The notes below the pieces were generated by a model, which worked only from the letters and a program-made list of their open reading frames with translations, was not told where the DNA came from and did not search any database. Made by a program: the position numbers and the translations under genes. Of a stretch of 64,000 nt of DNA, positions 6,626 through 17,156 are shown one piece after another; within the stretch, counting starts at the first letter, position 1, and each line of letters starts with the position of its first letter. The stretch spans positions 4,429 through 68,428 of the forward strand of contig CAYZBF010000006.1 of the NCBI GenBank assembly GCA_964476585.1, given 5' to 3'. Source of the DNA: an uncultured bacterium. GTDB taxonomy: Bacteria; Hydrothermota; UBA3072.

Positions 6626-9337
6626 TTAGCCGCTCTCGGCACCTCTTACAACTTCAACACACCTATTACACAATTCCTTAAACTCCTCATCCTCTCCAAC
6701 GGTTGCGGAATGAACCCAGCATCTCTTGCACTTCGCACCTGCTGCTTTTTTTACGCCGTAGGAACCATATTCACCATCATAAGTGTATTGTGCATCAATA
6801 ACATCAACTAGAAGAACCTCAGACGTGATAAAGAACTCAGGCAAATATTCTTTGAACTCCTGGAGTTCCAGAAGGTCACTCTTAATCTGAACCGCAGCTT
6901 CGAGAGAGTTTCCAATGAAATTATTCTCCTGGGCTGGTTCGAGCGCTTTATGGAATTCATCTCTGACTTTAATTAATTTATCAATTTTCGCTTTGAATTC
7001 TATATCTTCCTTACTTAGCTTTCGATATTCGGGAAAATCAGAAAGGAATACAGAATCATCTGGAAAGAGTGTTTGCCATACTTCCTCACACGTAAAGGAA
7101 AGTATAGGTGAAAATATAATTGCAAGATTTTTGACTATTTGATAGAGCACAGTTTGAGCACTCCTTCTCTTGAGTGAATCCTTCCCTTCTACGTATAATC
7201 GATCCTTCAAGATATCAAAATAGAAAGCTGATAAAGTAGAGACTATGAAATTATATACTTCCCTATATACTCTATGATAAGAAATCGACTCATATTCTTT
7301 ATCCACAACACAAAGTAGATTATTAAATTCTATCAAAATATATCGATCAATTGGTAACAATTTATCTTCTGGAACTACATCAAGGGAGGAGAAGCCATGA
7401 AGATTACCAAGCATAAACCTGCAACTATTTCTGATCTTCCTGTAGGCATCGACCAACCGCCGGATTACCTCTCTCCCATATTTTATATCCTGCGTCCAGT
7501 CCAGTGAAGCAATAAAGAGCCGCAGGACATCTGCTCCAAATTCCTCGACTATCTCACTAGGAGGTGTAAAATTGCCCAGAGATTTATGCATGGATTTCCC
7601 CTCCTCATCCAATACCCAGCCATGGGTAACAACTGTGTTGAAGGGGGGAACATCCATTGCAGCCAGGGACAACATTAAAGAAGAATTATACCAGCCCCTA
7701 TGCTGATCTGGTCCCTCAACATACATATCCGATGGCCATTCTTCTCTATCCAGCGCGATAAAACTCGACCCAGAATCAAACCAGACATCAAGGGTGTCCA
7801 TACCCTTCTCAAATTCAGAACTACCACATTTCGCGCATTTGAAGCCAGGAGGCAGGAGCTCGGAAGGTTCCCTATCAAACCAAGCATCAGCTGACTCCTT
7901 CTTAAATATTTCAGCAACATGCTCTATTACTTCAGGTTCCAATAGCGGTTCTCCGCATTTAGAACAGAAGAACGCCGGTATATTGACACCCCAGATACGC
8001 TGACGGGAGATACACCAATCAGGACGATCCTTTACTGCAGCAAACATCCTGTGTTCAGTCTGAGTAGGATGCCATTTAGTCCTACCTACAACCTCAAGTG
8101 CCCTTTCTCTCAAGCGATTATGATCTACGGAAAGAAACCACTGCTCGGTTGCCCTGAATATTAAAGGAGTTTTACAACGCCAGCAAATTGGATAATTATG
8201 TGTAACCGTTTCAAGGTGTACAAGACTTCCCCTATCCTCCAGAATTTCAATAACTTTACCTGACGCCTCTTTGGTAGTCATCCCCTCAAAACCCGGCGCT
8301 TCATTGGTAAATCTTCCACTCTCATCAACAGGAGAAAGAATATCTAGTCCCGAACTTTTGCCAAGGACATAGTCCTCTCTTCCATGTCCTGGTGCTATAT
8401 GGACAATGCCTGTTCCCTCGTCCATAGTCACAAATTTTGCAAGCAGAATGAAAGAATCTCTATCAAGGAATGGATGTTTAAATCTCTTACCTTCTAAATC
8501 CTTACCTTTAAATTCACTCACTATCTTATAATTCTTCCAGCCGACCTTCCCTACGTTTTTCTCTATGAGGTTCAAAGCAAGAAGGAAACGCTGGCCATCC
8601 ACCTCAATTATTACATACGTATGGTCAGGATGGACTGCAAGAGCAAGATTGGATATGATAGTCCAGGGAGTAGTAGTCCATATCAGAGCTTTAAATTCAT
8701 CACCTTCCATTGTAAATGTCAATGCGTGTGAGTCCAACATTTCGTATTCGATTTCTGATATAGCAAGGGCAGTCCTGCAGGTAGGACACCAGTGGACAGG
8801 CATATAACCACGATAAACAAAACCCTTCTTCACTACACAAGAGAGCAGATTTAACTCCTCGCCCTCATAATCTTTATTCATTGTAATAAAGGGATTATCC
8901 CATTCCCCAAAAACTCCTAATCGTTTAAACTCCTCCTTCTGGACGGAAACCCAATTGGCGGCAAACTCTCTACATCTTTTCCTTATCGCAAAACGGTCAC
9001 TCTGATCCTCAAATTCCTTGATCACAATATTCTCTATTGGCATACCGTGAGCGTCCCATCCAGGCTTGAAAGGCGTATAGTAGCCTTTTAACATCTTATA
9101 CTTAATTGTTATATCCTTAATAATTTTATTCATTGCCTGACCGAGATGAATATTATTATTAGCGTAGGGTGGCCCATCATGAAGAATAAATCTTTTACTC
9201 CCTTCCCTTTTCTTTATGGCTTTCTTATAGATTTTATTCTTATCCCAGAATTCAATAAATTTGGGCTCACGCAGAGGGAGGTTTGCCTTCATAGGATAAT
9301 CAGTATGTGGGAGATTTAATGTTTTCTTAAGATTCAA
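6626..9337 (-). CDS. ileS: Isoleucine--tRNA ligase (type 1, C-terminal zinc finger)
   Basis: GPPYAN..IHLGQ, PGWDAHGMPIE, WTTTPWT, DWCISRQR, MHKSLGN, C-terminal CKRCW...C..C. Confidence 0.97.
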   Translation of the reverse strand: MNLKKTLNLPHTDYPMKANLPLREPKFIEFWDKNKIYKKAIKKREGSKRFILHDGPPYANNNIHLGQAMNKIIKDITIKYKMLKGYYTPFKPGWDAHGMPIENIVIKEFEDQSDRFAIRKRCREFAANWVSVQKEEFKRLGVFGEWDNPFITMNKDYEGEELNLLSCVVKKGFVYRGYMPVHWCPTCRTALAISEIEYEMLDSHALTFTMEGDEFKALIWTTTPWTIISNLALAVHPDHTYVIIEVDGQRFLLALNLIEKNVGKVGWKNYKIVSEFKGKDLEGKRFKHPFLDRDSFILLAKFVTMDEGTGIVHIAPGHGREDYVLGKSSGLDILSPVDESGRFTNEAPGFEGMTTKEASGKVIEILEDRGSLVHLETVTHNYPICWRCKTPLIFRATEQWFLSVDHNRLRERALEVVGRTKWHPTQTEHRMFAAVKDRPDWCISRQRIWGVNIPAFFCSKCGEPLLEPEVIEHVAEIFKKESADAWFDREPSELLPPGFKCAKCGSSEFEKGMDTLDVWFDSGSSFIALDREEWPSDMYVEGPDQHRGWYNSSLMLSLAAMDVPPFNTVVTHGWVLDEEGKSMHKSLGNFTPPSEIVEEFGADVLRLFIASLDWTQDIKYGREVIRRLVDAYRKIRNSCRFMLGNLHGFSSLDVVPEDKLLPIDRYILIEFNNLLCVVDKEYESISYHRVYREVYNFIVSTLSAFYFDILKDRLYVEGKDSLKRRSAQTVLYQIVKNLAIIFSPILSFTCEEVWQTLFPDDSVFLSDFPEYRKLSKEDIEFKAKIDKLIKVRDEFHKALEPAQENNFIGNSLEAAVQIKSDLLELQEFKEYLPEFFITSEVLLVDVIDAQYTYDGEYGSYGVKKAAGAKCKRCWVHSATVGEDEEFKELCNRCVEVVRGAESG

Positions 9338-9339
9338 TG

Positions 9340-10044
9340 CTACTTCTTTAGCAAATCAAGATGTGCCTTGATACTTATATTTTCAGGATCCAGTTCCTGT
9401 ACCTTTTTCCATATCTCCTCTGCCATTTCTTTATCATCCTCTTTGTAATAACAAAGCCCTAATTTTATCGCTGCAGGGATGTAATCCACACTTCTCCTTA
9501 GAACCTCTTTCAATTCTTCCTTCGCTCCTTCAAGGTCACCCTTTTCCATCAAGATCTTACCTAAAAAGGTTCGAATATCATGGAAATTTGGAGCAAATCT
9601 GAGGGCTTTTCTTAATTCATCAGCCGCCGCATCAAATCGGCCTATACTGGCATACAGAGTAGCAGTATCCCTATGCGAATTGGAAATAAGGGCTCTGACT
9701 GAGAACTCAATCTTTTCAAATTCAGATTCTCTCTCCATTTCAAGAGACTCCGCCTTTTCAAACTCTTTATTTGCTTCTTCAATCTCTCCAATTTGATTTA
9801 AAGTAAGCGCATAATTTATATGAGCTTCAATATATTGTGGATTTGACTTAATCGCTTTCTGAAAATACTCTACAGCTTCCTGAGATCTTCCTGCAAGACT
9901 TAATGTAACGCCCAGCAAATTATTGATATCGGGATAATCTGGATGTTCTTCGAGGGCTTTCTTTAAATTATATTGAGCACTCTGATATTCCCCCTCTTCA
10001 ATGTTTTTCTTACCCTCCCTTAAATAATCCTTTTCATCACTCAT
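9340..10044 (-). CDS. TPR-repeat protein
   Basis: Repeated TPR units (HPDYPDINNLLG, NPQYIEAHINYA, APNFHDIRTFLG). Confidence 0.85.
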   Translation of the reverse strand: MSDEKDYLREGKKNIEEGEYQSAQYNLKKALEEHPDYPDINNLLGVTLSLAGRSQEAVEYFQKAIKSNPQYIEAHINYALTLNQIGEIEEANKEFEKAESLEMERESEFEKIEFSVRALISNSHRDTATLYASIGRFDAAADELRKALRFAPNFHDIRTFLGKILMEKGDLEGAKEELKEVLRRSVDYIPAAIKLGLCYYKEDDKEMAEEIWKKVQELDPENISIKAHLDLLKK

Positions 10045-10328
10045 AAGCTCTCCTATCTTTGTTTTTTATATATACAAAAACCTCATCCTGTCAACCCTGT
10101 CAGCCGCTTTTAACATTGAGTTCACCCATACAATTTTACAGAAATAATCAAAAAGAATTTGTATTTTTGCCAGTGTATTTTATTAAAAATTTGAATAGCC
10201 ATGGAAAATATTTTTTTAAACATTTATATTTTATATTTATAATCTTTAGATTAAAGTCAACCCCTTCCTTAAATTTTATTCCATAATTTCAAAGTTTAAA
10301 CCTTCTAAACCATCCGCTTTTATTCGCT

Positions 10329-10385
10329 ACAGAGACTCAGAGAACACAGAGATAGTCGCTTCGCTCCATTGCAAAATGAAAAATG
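10329..10385. repeat. Short degenerate 8/9-mer and 7-mer repeats
   Basis: CAGAGA recurs at 10330, 10338 and 10347; followed by TGCAAAA TGAAAAA TGA. Confidence 0.45.
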
Positions 10386-10484
10386 ATCTATCGACTTACG
10401 AGGCTGATAACTATTGCCTCTCCACTAAACTATGGGGGGTAACAATGTGTTTTGTTATCTTCAGCTACAACCCCAAACTTCCTC

Positions 10485-10512
10485 TTGACATCCCTATTTT
10501 TATTAATATATT
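10485..10512 (+). promoter_or_regulatory. Sigma70-type promoter of the tRNA pair
   Basis: TTGACA-N16-TATATT, ending 10 nt before tRNA-Ile. Confidence 0.65.
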
Positions 10513-10522
10513 ACAACATAAT

Positions 10523-10596
10523 GGGCCTATAGCTCAGTTGGTTAGAGCGTTCGCCTGATAAGCGAGAGGTCAGTGGTTCGAATCCACTTAGGCCCA
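10523..10596 (+). tRNA. tRNA-Ile(GAT)
   Basis: Acceptor GGGCCTA/TAGGCCC, anticodon loop CTGATAA, T-loop GTTCGAATC; CCA not encoded. Confidence 0.96.
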
Positions 10597-10605
10597 TTTT
10601 TTATT

Positions 10606-10678
10606 GGGGGCGTAGCTCAGCTGGAAGAGCACCTGCCTTGCACGCAGGAGGCCAGCGGTTCGAGTCCGCTCGCCTCCA
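10606..10678 (+). tRNA. tRNA-Ala(TGC)
   Basis: Acceptor GGGGGCG/CGCCTCC with G3:U70, anticodon loop TTGCAC, T-loop GTTCGAGTC. Confidence 0.96.
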
Positions 10679-10705
10679 TATTATTTCAAAGGAAATGAGC
10701 ATTTT

Positions 10706-11182
10706 ATGAATCCCATATTAAAGATTGTAGTCCTCTCCTTACTGCCCATCTCGGAACTCCGGGGTAGTATTCCCGTAGGTCTTGCATCTGGACTAAACAT
10801 TTTTATTGTTTACTCTCTGGCAGTTTTCTGTAACCTGCTGGTCTTTCCCATATTTTATCTGTTCTTATCATCAATACATCATTTCTTCCTACGATTTAAA
10901 TTCTATCGGAAATCTTTTGAAGTTCTTATTGAACAGACGAGAAGAAGAGCCCGACCCAAGATTGAGAAATACGGGTATTTAGGTTTAACGCTCTTTGTAG
11001 CAATACCACTACCTGTAACTGGAGCCTATACAGGTACTTTAGCTGCCTGGTTCTTCAAAATGAACAGAAGGAATTCTTTCTTTGCAGTTTTATTAGGTGT
11101 AATTATTGCAGGTATTATAGTAAGTGTTGTGAGTATCTTAGGGATTCATATCTTTGATATATTTATTAAGGATAGTATTTGA
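10706..11182 (+). CDS. Small multidrug export family membrane protein (COG2426-like)
   Basis: LPISELRGSIP and FVAIPLPVTGAYTG motifs. Confidence 0.85.
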   Translation: MNPILKIVVLSLLPISELRGSIPVGLASGLNIFIVYSLAVFCNLLVFPIFYLFLSSIHHFFLRFKFYRKSFEVLIEQTRRRARPKIEKYGYLGLTLFVAIPLPVTGAYTGTLAAWFFKMNRRNSFFAVLLGVIIAGIIVSVVSILGIHIFDIFIKDSI

Positions 11183-11215
11183 CTTTAGGACTAGAGACGG
11201 AGGACGGAAGACCGA
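11181..11215. repeat. 7-nt tandem array
   Basis: GACTTTA GGACTAG AGACGGA GGACGGA AGACCGA, starting within the stop codon of the upstream gene. Confidence 0.65.
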
Positions 11216-11226
11216 ACAATAAAAAT

Positions 11227-12978
11227 TTATTTTTCACACAGGTGGCATTGATCTATCAGTTCCCCGACCTCATTATAAACATTTAAGTTCACTGTATCAC
11301 TTCTCACCTGAACAAAACAGTAGTGGTAGCCAGGATAGAATGACTGGACTGATTTAATCCAGGGGGATTCTACCTGTGCATAGTATGGTGCACCTGCTCC
11401 ACCCGTAACTATCTGCCATACTGGATGTTTCGGATTCAAAGGTTCCGAAGGAAGATATCCATTTTCTTCATAAAAAACGGTTGAACTGTCCACCAACATC
11501 CTGTGGTAATTATGCTCATCACCATAGAACACTGCAACCACTTTCTCACTACTACATATAACCCTCCACAATTCATCCCTCCGCTCTATAACAAAGGGCT
11601 TCTTGCCATTATACCACTGGGCATCGCCGAGGTGTGCGCTATTCGGGAAAGAGGGCTCATGGCCATAGAGAAATATATGTTTAATATTCGGATTCCCATC
11701 TGCCTCCTTTATAACGCTCTCTATCCAGTCAAGCTGCCCATCCATAACATACCCTTCAAGGTTACCCCCATATTTCAGAGGATTACTGGAATATGCGTAG
11801 TTCGTATTGAAGGAAATAAATCTTGAATTTCCGAAGTCAAAATAGTAAACATTTTCTGTGTACGGAGGTGCCGCATCCTTCATGCTCCTCTCTGGTGACG
11901 GTCCATTCAATGGGTTAACAAACTCCAGAGAAAATATATCCTCAGCACTATGGGGTGAACACTTATCAAATTCTACATCTCCATAGATATCTAACAGCGC
12001 TTCATGATTCCCCATCCCCTCATAAATGGGGATAAACGCTCCCACACCTTCGGAGGCTCTCTTCCAGTTCTTAAGTTGATATCTAAAATCAAATTCATAT
12101 GACATATATCCATTCACCAGATCTCCTGCAAAAAGGATAAAATCTGATCCTCTATGATAGGCATCTAAAAGTAACTTTGTAAGAATATAATAATTGCAGG
12201 ATTCGCCATAATATCTCTCTCCTCCTCCGGATGCCCCCCTTGAATCTGAGAGGACAGCAAATTCGAATCTGTTCCCATCTTTGGGTGCAGTTTTGAAATG
12301 ATATTCACCCCTTACTTCTTCACCTACCACTACCTGATAACTGTATGTTTCTCCCGAACTTAATCTGTCTATCTTTATCTCATGTAATTTACTCTTTATT
12401 CCATCACTGTAACTCCTTCCTCCAATGATAACCTCCGCCTTATCCTTTATATCCGTTTCCCAGGATATAATAGCACTACTGGTCCCAATTTGATCTATGA
12501 ATGGACCCGATATAATACAGGGAACCCTTTTGTAATCTCTATCCACCCTAAATCGCCCATCGTAGATATTGCTCACTTTATAACGAGGATTACTTATTTC
12601 TACTCGAAAGTAGATCACTCCACCCATCTCCTTAAAATTGCTTCTATCATACTCTTGATCTTCTAAAAAATCTAACGGAAGGCCGATTCTATGCTCCTTT
12701 GACACTCCTCCATTTTTCTCATATGAGAGTCTTCTAAATCGTGGAGTTTTTATTTCCTGAGGTAGGTATAAGCCGTAGTAAATACCAATAGGTGGGACAT
12801 CTACTGTAGTCTTTACCTCTATAATGGCTTTTTTCCTTTCACTATCAAGTAAAACATTCGGTTCCTCTAAGACGAGCAATCCTCTAAGTTCTGGAGCTAC
12901 TTTTCCAGGATATTTATATGGTTTTCCGAGGTTACCTCCATAAATTGAAAAAACAGATAGGATAATAAACGCCCACAT
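11227..12978 (-). CDS. Secreted metallophosphoesterase with FN3-like domain (purple acid phosphatase-like)
   Basis: AIISWETD..H.I.I..L...ETYSYQV (FN3); SDSRG, AGDLV, GNHE, GHEP, GDEH calcineurin-like motifs; N-terminal signal. Confidence 0.85.
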   Translation of the reverse strand: MWAFIILSVFSIYGGNLGKPYKYPGKVAPELRGLLVLEEPNVLLDSERKKAIIEVKTTVDVPPIGIYYGLYLPQEIKTPRFRRLSYEKNGGVSKEHRIGLPLDFLEDQEYDRSNFKEMGGVIYFRVEISNPRYKVSNIYDGRFRVDRDYKRVPCIISGPFIDQIGTSSAIISWETDIKDKAEVIIGGRSYSDGIKSKLHEIKIDRLSSGETYSYQVVVGEEVRGEYHFKTAPKDGNRFEFAVLSDSRGASGGGERYYGESCNYYILTKLLLDAYHRGSDFILFAGDLVNGYMSYEFDFRYQLKNWKRASEGVGAFIPIYEGMGNHEALLDIYGDVEFDKCSPHSAEDIFSLEFVNPLNGPSPERSMKDAAPPYTENVYYFDFGNSRFISFNTNYAYSSNPLKYGGNLEGYVMDGQLDWIESVIKEADGNPNIKHIFLYGHEPSFPNSAHLGDAQWYNGKKPFVIERRDELWRVICSSEKVVAVFYGDEHNYHRMLVDSSTVFYEENGYLPSEPLNPKHPVWQIVTGGAGAPYYAQVESPWIKSVQSFYPGYHYCFVQVRSDTVNLNVYNEVGELIDQCHLCEK

Positions 12979-13078
12979 ATATTCCTCCTGTTTGGTTTAA
13001 TTTATTTTTATATAATTAAAGTTAAAAATCAACCCTTTTCCCCTTGACTAAATATTTTTTTGCATTACATATAAAAAT

Positions 13079-13705
13079 ATGGTGGATTATTTCGAAATTC
13101 TAGGAGTCGAGAGGAATGCACTCGAAGATGAAATAAGGAATGCTTATTATAAGTTGGCAAAGAGATATCATCCAGATCATTTAGACCATTATGAAATTAA
13201 AATATACCTCCCCAGATTTTTAACGATAACAAAGGCATATTTAACCCTTAAAGATGAAAAAAAGAAAAAGGAGTATCTTCGGGCTTTAGCATTAGGCAAC
13301 TTTATGGAGGATCAGGAGAAGGAGAGAAAAGAATCCCGTGATAAAGTATTTGAGCTGGGACTAGATCTCTTGAAGAAAGACTCCCCTCGTGCAACAAAAT
13401 ATTTCAGAATGGCTTATTCTCTTGATAGAGTTAATCAAACCTACAAAAGTTATTATGGACTTTCTCTAATATTGAGTGGAAGAGAAGAAAAAGGTTTGAA
13501 CCTCTGTAAGGAAGCACTAGAAAACGAAGAGAATGCAATACATCATTATAATTTTGCATGTGGGTATGTTAAGATAGGGAATTATCGAAAGGCTACCAAC
13601 CACCTTAAAAAAGCTTTGCGCCTTGATAAAAATCACACTGATGCCAAGAATTTACTTGAGAAACTTAAGGGGAAAGTCGGAATAACAGGTCTCTTCCATA
13701 AGTAA
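13079..13705 (+). CDS. DnaJ-domain protein with C-terminal TPR
   Basis: DYFEILGV...AYYKLAKRYHPD J-domain; TPR-like C-terminus. Confidence 0.88.
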   Translation: MVDYFEILGVERNALEDEIRNAYYKLAKRYHPDHLDHYEIKIYLPRFLTITKAYLTLKDEKKKKEYLRALALGNFMEDQEKERKESRDKVFELGLDLLKKDSPRATKYFRMAYSLDRVNQTYKSYYGLSLILSGREEKGLNLCKEALENEENAIHHYNFACGYVKIGNYRKATNHLKKALRLDKNHTDAKNLLEKLKGKVGITGLFHK

Positions 13706-13715
13706 TAAAACCTAG

Positions 13716-15053
13716 TTGTCAGATCTTCTATGTTTTATCAGAAAAAAACCATCTCTCGTTACCTTTTTTAGCATAATTATTGGACTTTTCGTTGGTATAT
13801 ATTTCCCAATTAAAATCTTTATCATTTTATTCACCGTGTCACTTATTACCTACATCATCACCCGGAAACACATATTACTACTTTGCATACTTATTTTTTC
13901 TGCCTCCATATACCAGTCCTCAAGACCTCTTCTGAAATGGCAAAGATTATTCTTCTCTGGTATTTATATAGAGAATAGAATCGTAGATCCTGTTTACGGA
14001 GAATTCCAATTAAATTTGCAAATGCCTCCAGGAAGTGTTGTCTTTGGCAGTGCAAAGTATATTGAATGGGACTCACAGAGGAAACTCACACAGGTAAGAA
14101 TAAAATGGTCTCATCCTACAATATTGAATAGACTCTTCCATGTTCGTGCCTTGCTTGATGAAAGGATAGAAGAGTCAATTGGTGGAGATATTGCAGAAAT
14201 GTGCTCTGCCATTCTTCTCGGAAAAAGAGGAGAATTACCTCCTTATCTGTATAAGCGCTTCCAGTATTGCGGAGCAGCACATCTTTTGGCAGTGAGTGGC
14301 TTACACACCGGAATAGTTTTTATGGTAATACTGATATTTTTAAGAGTGATACAATTTAAAAGAAAGCAAGCATTATTAATTTCCGGGTTAGTAGTCCTAC
14401 TCTATGCCCTCCTTACTGGACTCCGCCTCCCAGTTCTACGGGCCAGTATTATGTTGTGGTTTTTTATAATCGGAGAAATAAAGGAAAGAAACATTGATCC
14501 TCTAAATACACTTTCCGCTTCCGGAATATTGATTCTTATCCTAATGCCAAGGAGTATATTCTCAATTAGTTTTCAACTTTCCTTTATCGCAGTTTTCTCC
14601 ATACTAGTTATGTTCAAAATCTTTGCGTCTCAAATAAAACAGTTACCTAACAATTGGATAAAAAAATGGATTATTATTCCGCTATTTGTTACTCTGTCAG
14701 CTCAGATAGGTACATTCCCTTTAGTAACATATTATTTCGGATACATCCCTCTGTTTGGACTCGTTGCTAATCTTATATTGATTCCCCTTGTAGGTACCCT
14801 GATAGCAGGCACTTTCCTCTTATGGACAATACCCATTCTGCAAGATTCCACAGGAAGCTTTGTTTGGGGAGTGGGATATCTGATGAACAGAATTATGATA
14901 TTCCTTGAAAGACTCCCTTATTCAGTAATTACAACTCAAGAAAGAGACCCGAGAATTCTCTCTGTCTATTTATTCTTGGTCATAATCCCTTCCGGAATAA
15001 TGATATTAAGAAGAAAAAGGACGGCGGTTCCTATCACCGTCCCTTGTGAATAA
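13716..15053 (+). CDS. comEC: ComEC/Rec2 family competence protein (no metallo-beta-lactamase domain)
   Basis: GAAHLLAVSGLH, PVLRASIM, SFQLSF, LVANLILIP. Confidence 0.88.
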   Translation: MSDLLCFIRKKPSLVTFFSIIIGLFVGIYFPIKIFIILFTVSLITYIITRKHILLLCILIFSASIYQSSRPLLKWQRLFFSGIYIENRIVDPVYGEFQLNLQMPPGSVVFGSAKYIEWDSQRKLTQVRIKWSHPTILNRLFHVRALLDERIEESIGGDIAEMCSAILLGKRGELPPYLYKRFQYCGAAHLLAVSGLHTGIVFMVILIFLRVIQFKRKQALLISGLVVLLYALLTGLRLPVLRASIMLWFFIIGEIKERNIDPLNTLSASGILILILMPRSIFSISFQLSFIAVFSILVMFKIFASQIKQLPNNWIKKWIIIPLFVTLSAQIGTFPLVTYYFGYIPLFGLVANLILIPLVGTLIAGTFLLWTIPILQDSTGSFVWGVGYLMNRIMIFLERLPYSVITTQERDPRILSVYLFLVIIPSGIMILRRKRTAVPITVPCE

Positions 15054-15057
15054 TCCC

Positions 15058-16155
15058 TTAATTAGCTACTTTAAATCGACCTTCGAGTTTCTTCTTTACC
15101 TCTGGAAGTGTTGTATATTCCATCTCATCAAGTGGCAGACGATGTGGCTCAAATGGCCCATGAGATCTCATATAATCTGCTACGTAGTTTGCCTTTCTTC
15201 TCGCCTCATCGAAAGCAGGGCCATCAAAGTGATCCCTTGGGCCAACGAGTTTTCCTTCTGCTATCTGAAATCCTGCTGCAATTACTCTTGGAGGCCCATC
15301 AAACCTTGAAGGAGTTGCCTTCTCAAAGGAAACTGGCATTAGGGGACCTCTATGTGAACCCCGCATCCAGCCCTCAACAAGATGCGGCGTAGTAAATGGC
15401 TCCAGGATTTCACCAACGGCAGGCAATCCATGCTGGGCTCGGACAACCAGAGCCGGGTCATCCTTTCCTACATATCTACCAGCCATTATATTTAATTTTT
15501 GAGTGGTAGAAGCTGCTATAACCTCACCCTCTTCTTCCTTTCTCACACTCCTTATGCAATAATGTTCTGTAGTTCCAATGAAGCCCAGCATGTCATAGAG
15601 TTCCTCCGGGGTCTTAAAGGTAACGATTTTATCCTCATAGACATCCAGAACGTCGAAATAGAACCCGTCATGCATAGGCGGGTCGATAACAAGTCCAATA
15701 GTGTTAAATGGGTCTGCAAAAATCTTATACAGAACAAAATTCCAGGCGGCTGGAGAGGTTTTATCCGCCATAAAGATTATAACTGGTTCGCTCTTGCATT
15801 CCTCAAACTCAATCTCCACAAAACCCGGACCTAATCCCTTTATATTACCGGTAAAGGTATCAGAAAGAAGATCCTGTCCAACACCATAGAGTTTTAACTC
15901 TTTTGCTTTCTTTGTACCCGCTTCAAAGATATCTCATGCTAACTTATGGATTTCCTCATGATCCTCACCTTTCTGATGAGTCATAATCAGCTCGAGATCA
16001 TCACCGCAGGAGAGAACATTGTAATCAATGATCTTCTTAGTCTCCTTTGCTTTCTCTAATTCACTCCTCGCAAGAACCTTTATCTCTGGATGTGAAGCTG
16101 AGTGCCCTACATATCCACCTATATCAGCCTTTATGACACTCAATGTTATTCTCAT
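15058..16155 (-). pseudogene. fbp: Fructose-1,6-bisphosphate aldolase/phosphatase (class V) with an in-frame TGA at 15934-15936
   Basis: ORFs 15934-16206 and 15058-15819 are in one frame. Readthrough gives HKLA*DIFEAG...LYGVGQDLLSD, where homologs have Trp. KADIGG, YVGKDDP and GWMRGSH are intact; 365 codons in total. Confidence 0.88.
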
Positions 16156-16174
16156 CACTCTTCCTTTTATTTTT

Positions 16175-17152
16175 TTAAAATTGAATTGTTTTTTGTTTAT
16201 AACCAACCCCTTTAATTATTTTTGTGCCTCTCTTCTCTTTGAGTGCCTCATCTACATAATCCACTGATGTAATTATAACTTCCTCTCCCCCAGAATTAAG
16301 GAAATCTATTGCTGCCTTAATCTTTGGTCCCATACTTCCTCGGGGAAATTCTCCTTGTCTAAGATATTGTTCTGCCTCGTTAACTGTTATTTTTCTGAGG
16401 GGCTTTTGTTTTTCTGTGCCGAAATTTATATATACTTCCGGGACTGGCGTCAAAATCATAAGCAGATCCGCCCCTATATCTTTGCCAAGAATGCTTGAAG
16501 CAAGATCCTTATCAATAACTCCCTCAAGTCCTTCATAAGTTCCATCATCCTCTATATATACGGGTATTCCTCCACCCCCAGCAGCTATCACTATCCCCTT
16601 ATCCTTCAAAAATCTCTTTATCGCATTCTTCTCGACAATCTCAAGCGGAATTGGCGAGGGCACAACCCTTCTGTATCCTCTACCAGCATCTTCCATAACA
16701 GCAATACCACATTTCTTTAACTCATTAGCTTTCTCGCTACCTAAGAATGGTCCAATTGGCTTATTTGGATTTTTCCAGGCTGGATCATCTTTGGATACGA
16801 TAACCTGTGTTGGGATTGTAACAATCTTTTTCTTAATTCCCGACTTTTGAAGTATATTCAGAAGGGATTGCTCTATCATATACCCCATCCACCCTTCGGT
16901 AGCAGCTACAATAATCCCGAGTGGAAGATTGGGAACATCTGCATATTTGAGTCCTAATTCATTTCTTATAAGTTCGTTCCCCGCCTGGGGACCATTCCCG
17001 TGGGTTATAACAATTTCATATCCACGGTCAAGTAGATATCTGACAGAGGCCAGGCTTACCCTAACTCTCGCAAATTGTTCATGTATATCACCATAAGATC
17101 CCTTAGGGAGAATTGCATTCCCCCCAAGGGCTACCACTGCAATCTTTCCCAT
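16175..17152 (-). CDS. arcC: Carbamate kinase
   Basis: VVALGGNA, THGNGPQ, GRGYRRVVPSP, GVIDKD, GSMGPK. Confidence 0.95.
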   Translation of the reverse strand: MGKIAVVALGGNAILPKGSYGDIHEQFARVRVSLASVRYLLDRGYEIVITHGNGPQAGNELIRNELGLKYADVPNLPLGIIVAATEGWMGYMIEQSLLNILQKSGIKKKIVTIPTQVIVSKDDPAWKNPNKPIGPFLGSEKANELKKCGIAVMEDAGRGYRRVVPSPIPLEIVEKNAIKRFLKDKGIVIAAGGGGIPVYIEDDGTYEGLEGVIDKDLASSILGKDIGADLLMILTPVPEVYINFGTEKQKPLRKITVNEAEQYLRQGEFPRGSMGPKIKAAIDFLNSGGEEVIITSVDYVDEALKEKRGTKIIKGVGYKQKTIQF

Positions 17153-17156
17153 CTAT

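Noticed and set aside
15934-15936. Selenocysteine or genome-wide TGA recoding
   Set aside because: The position is Trp, not Cys, in homologs; no convincing SECIS hairpin follows; TGA ends other genes normally (e.g. 11180-11182, 33174-33176).
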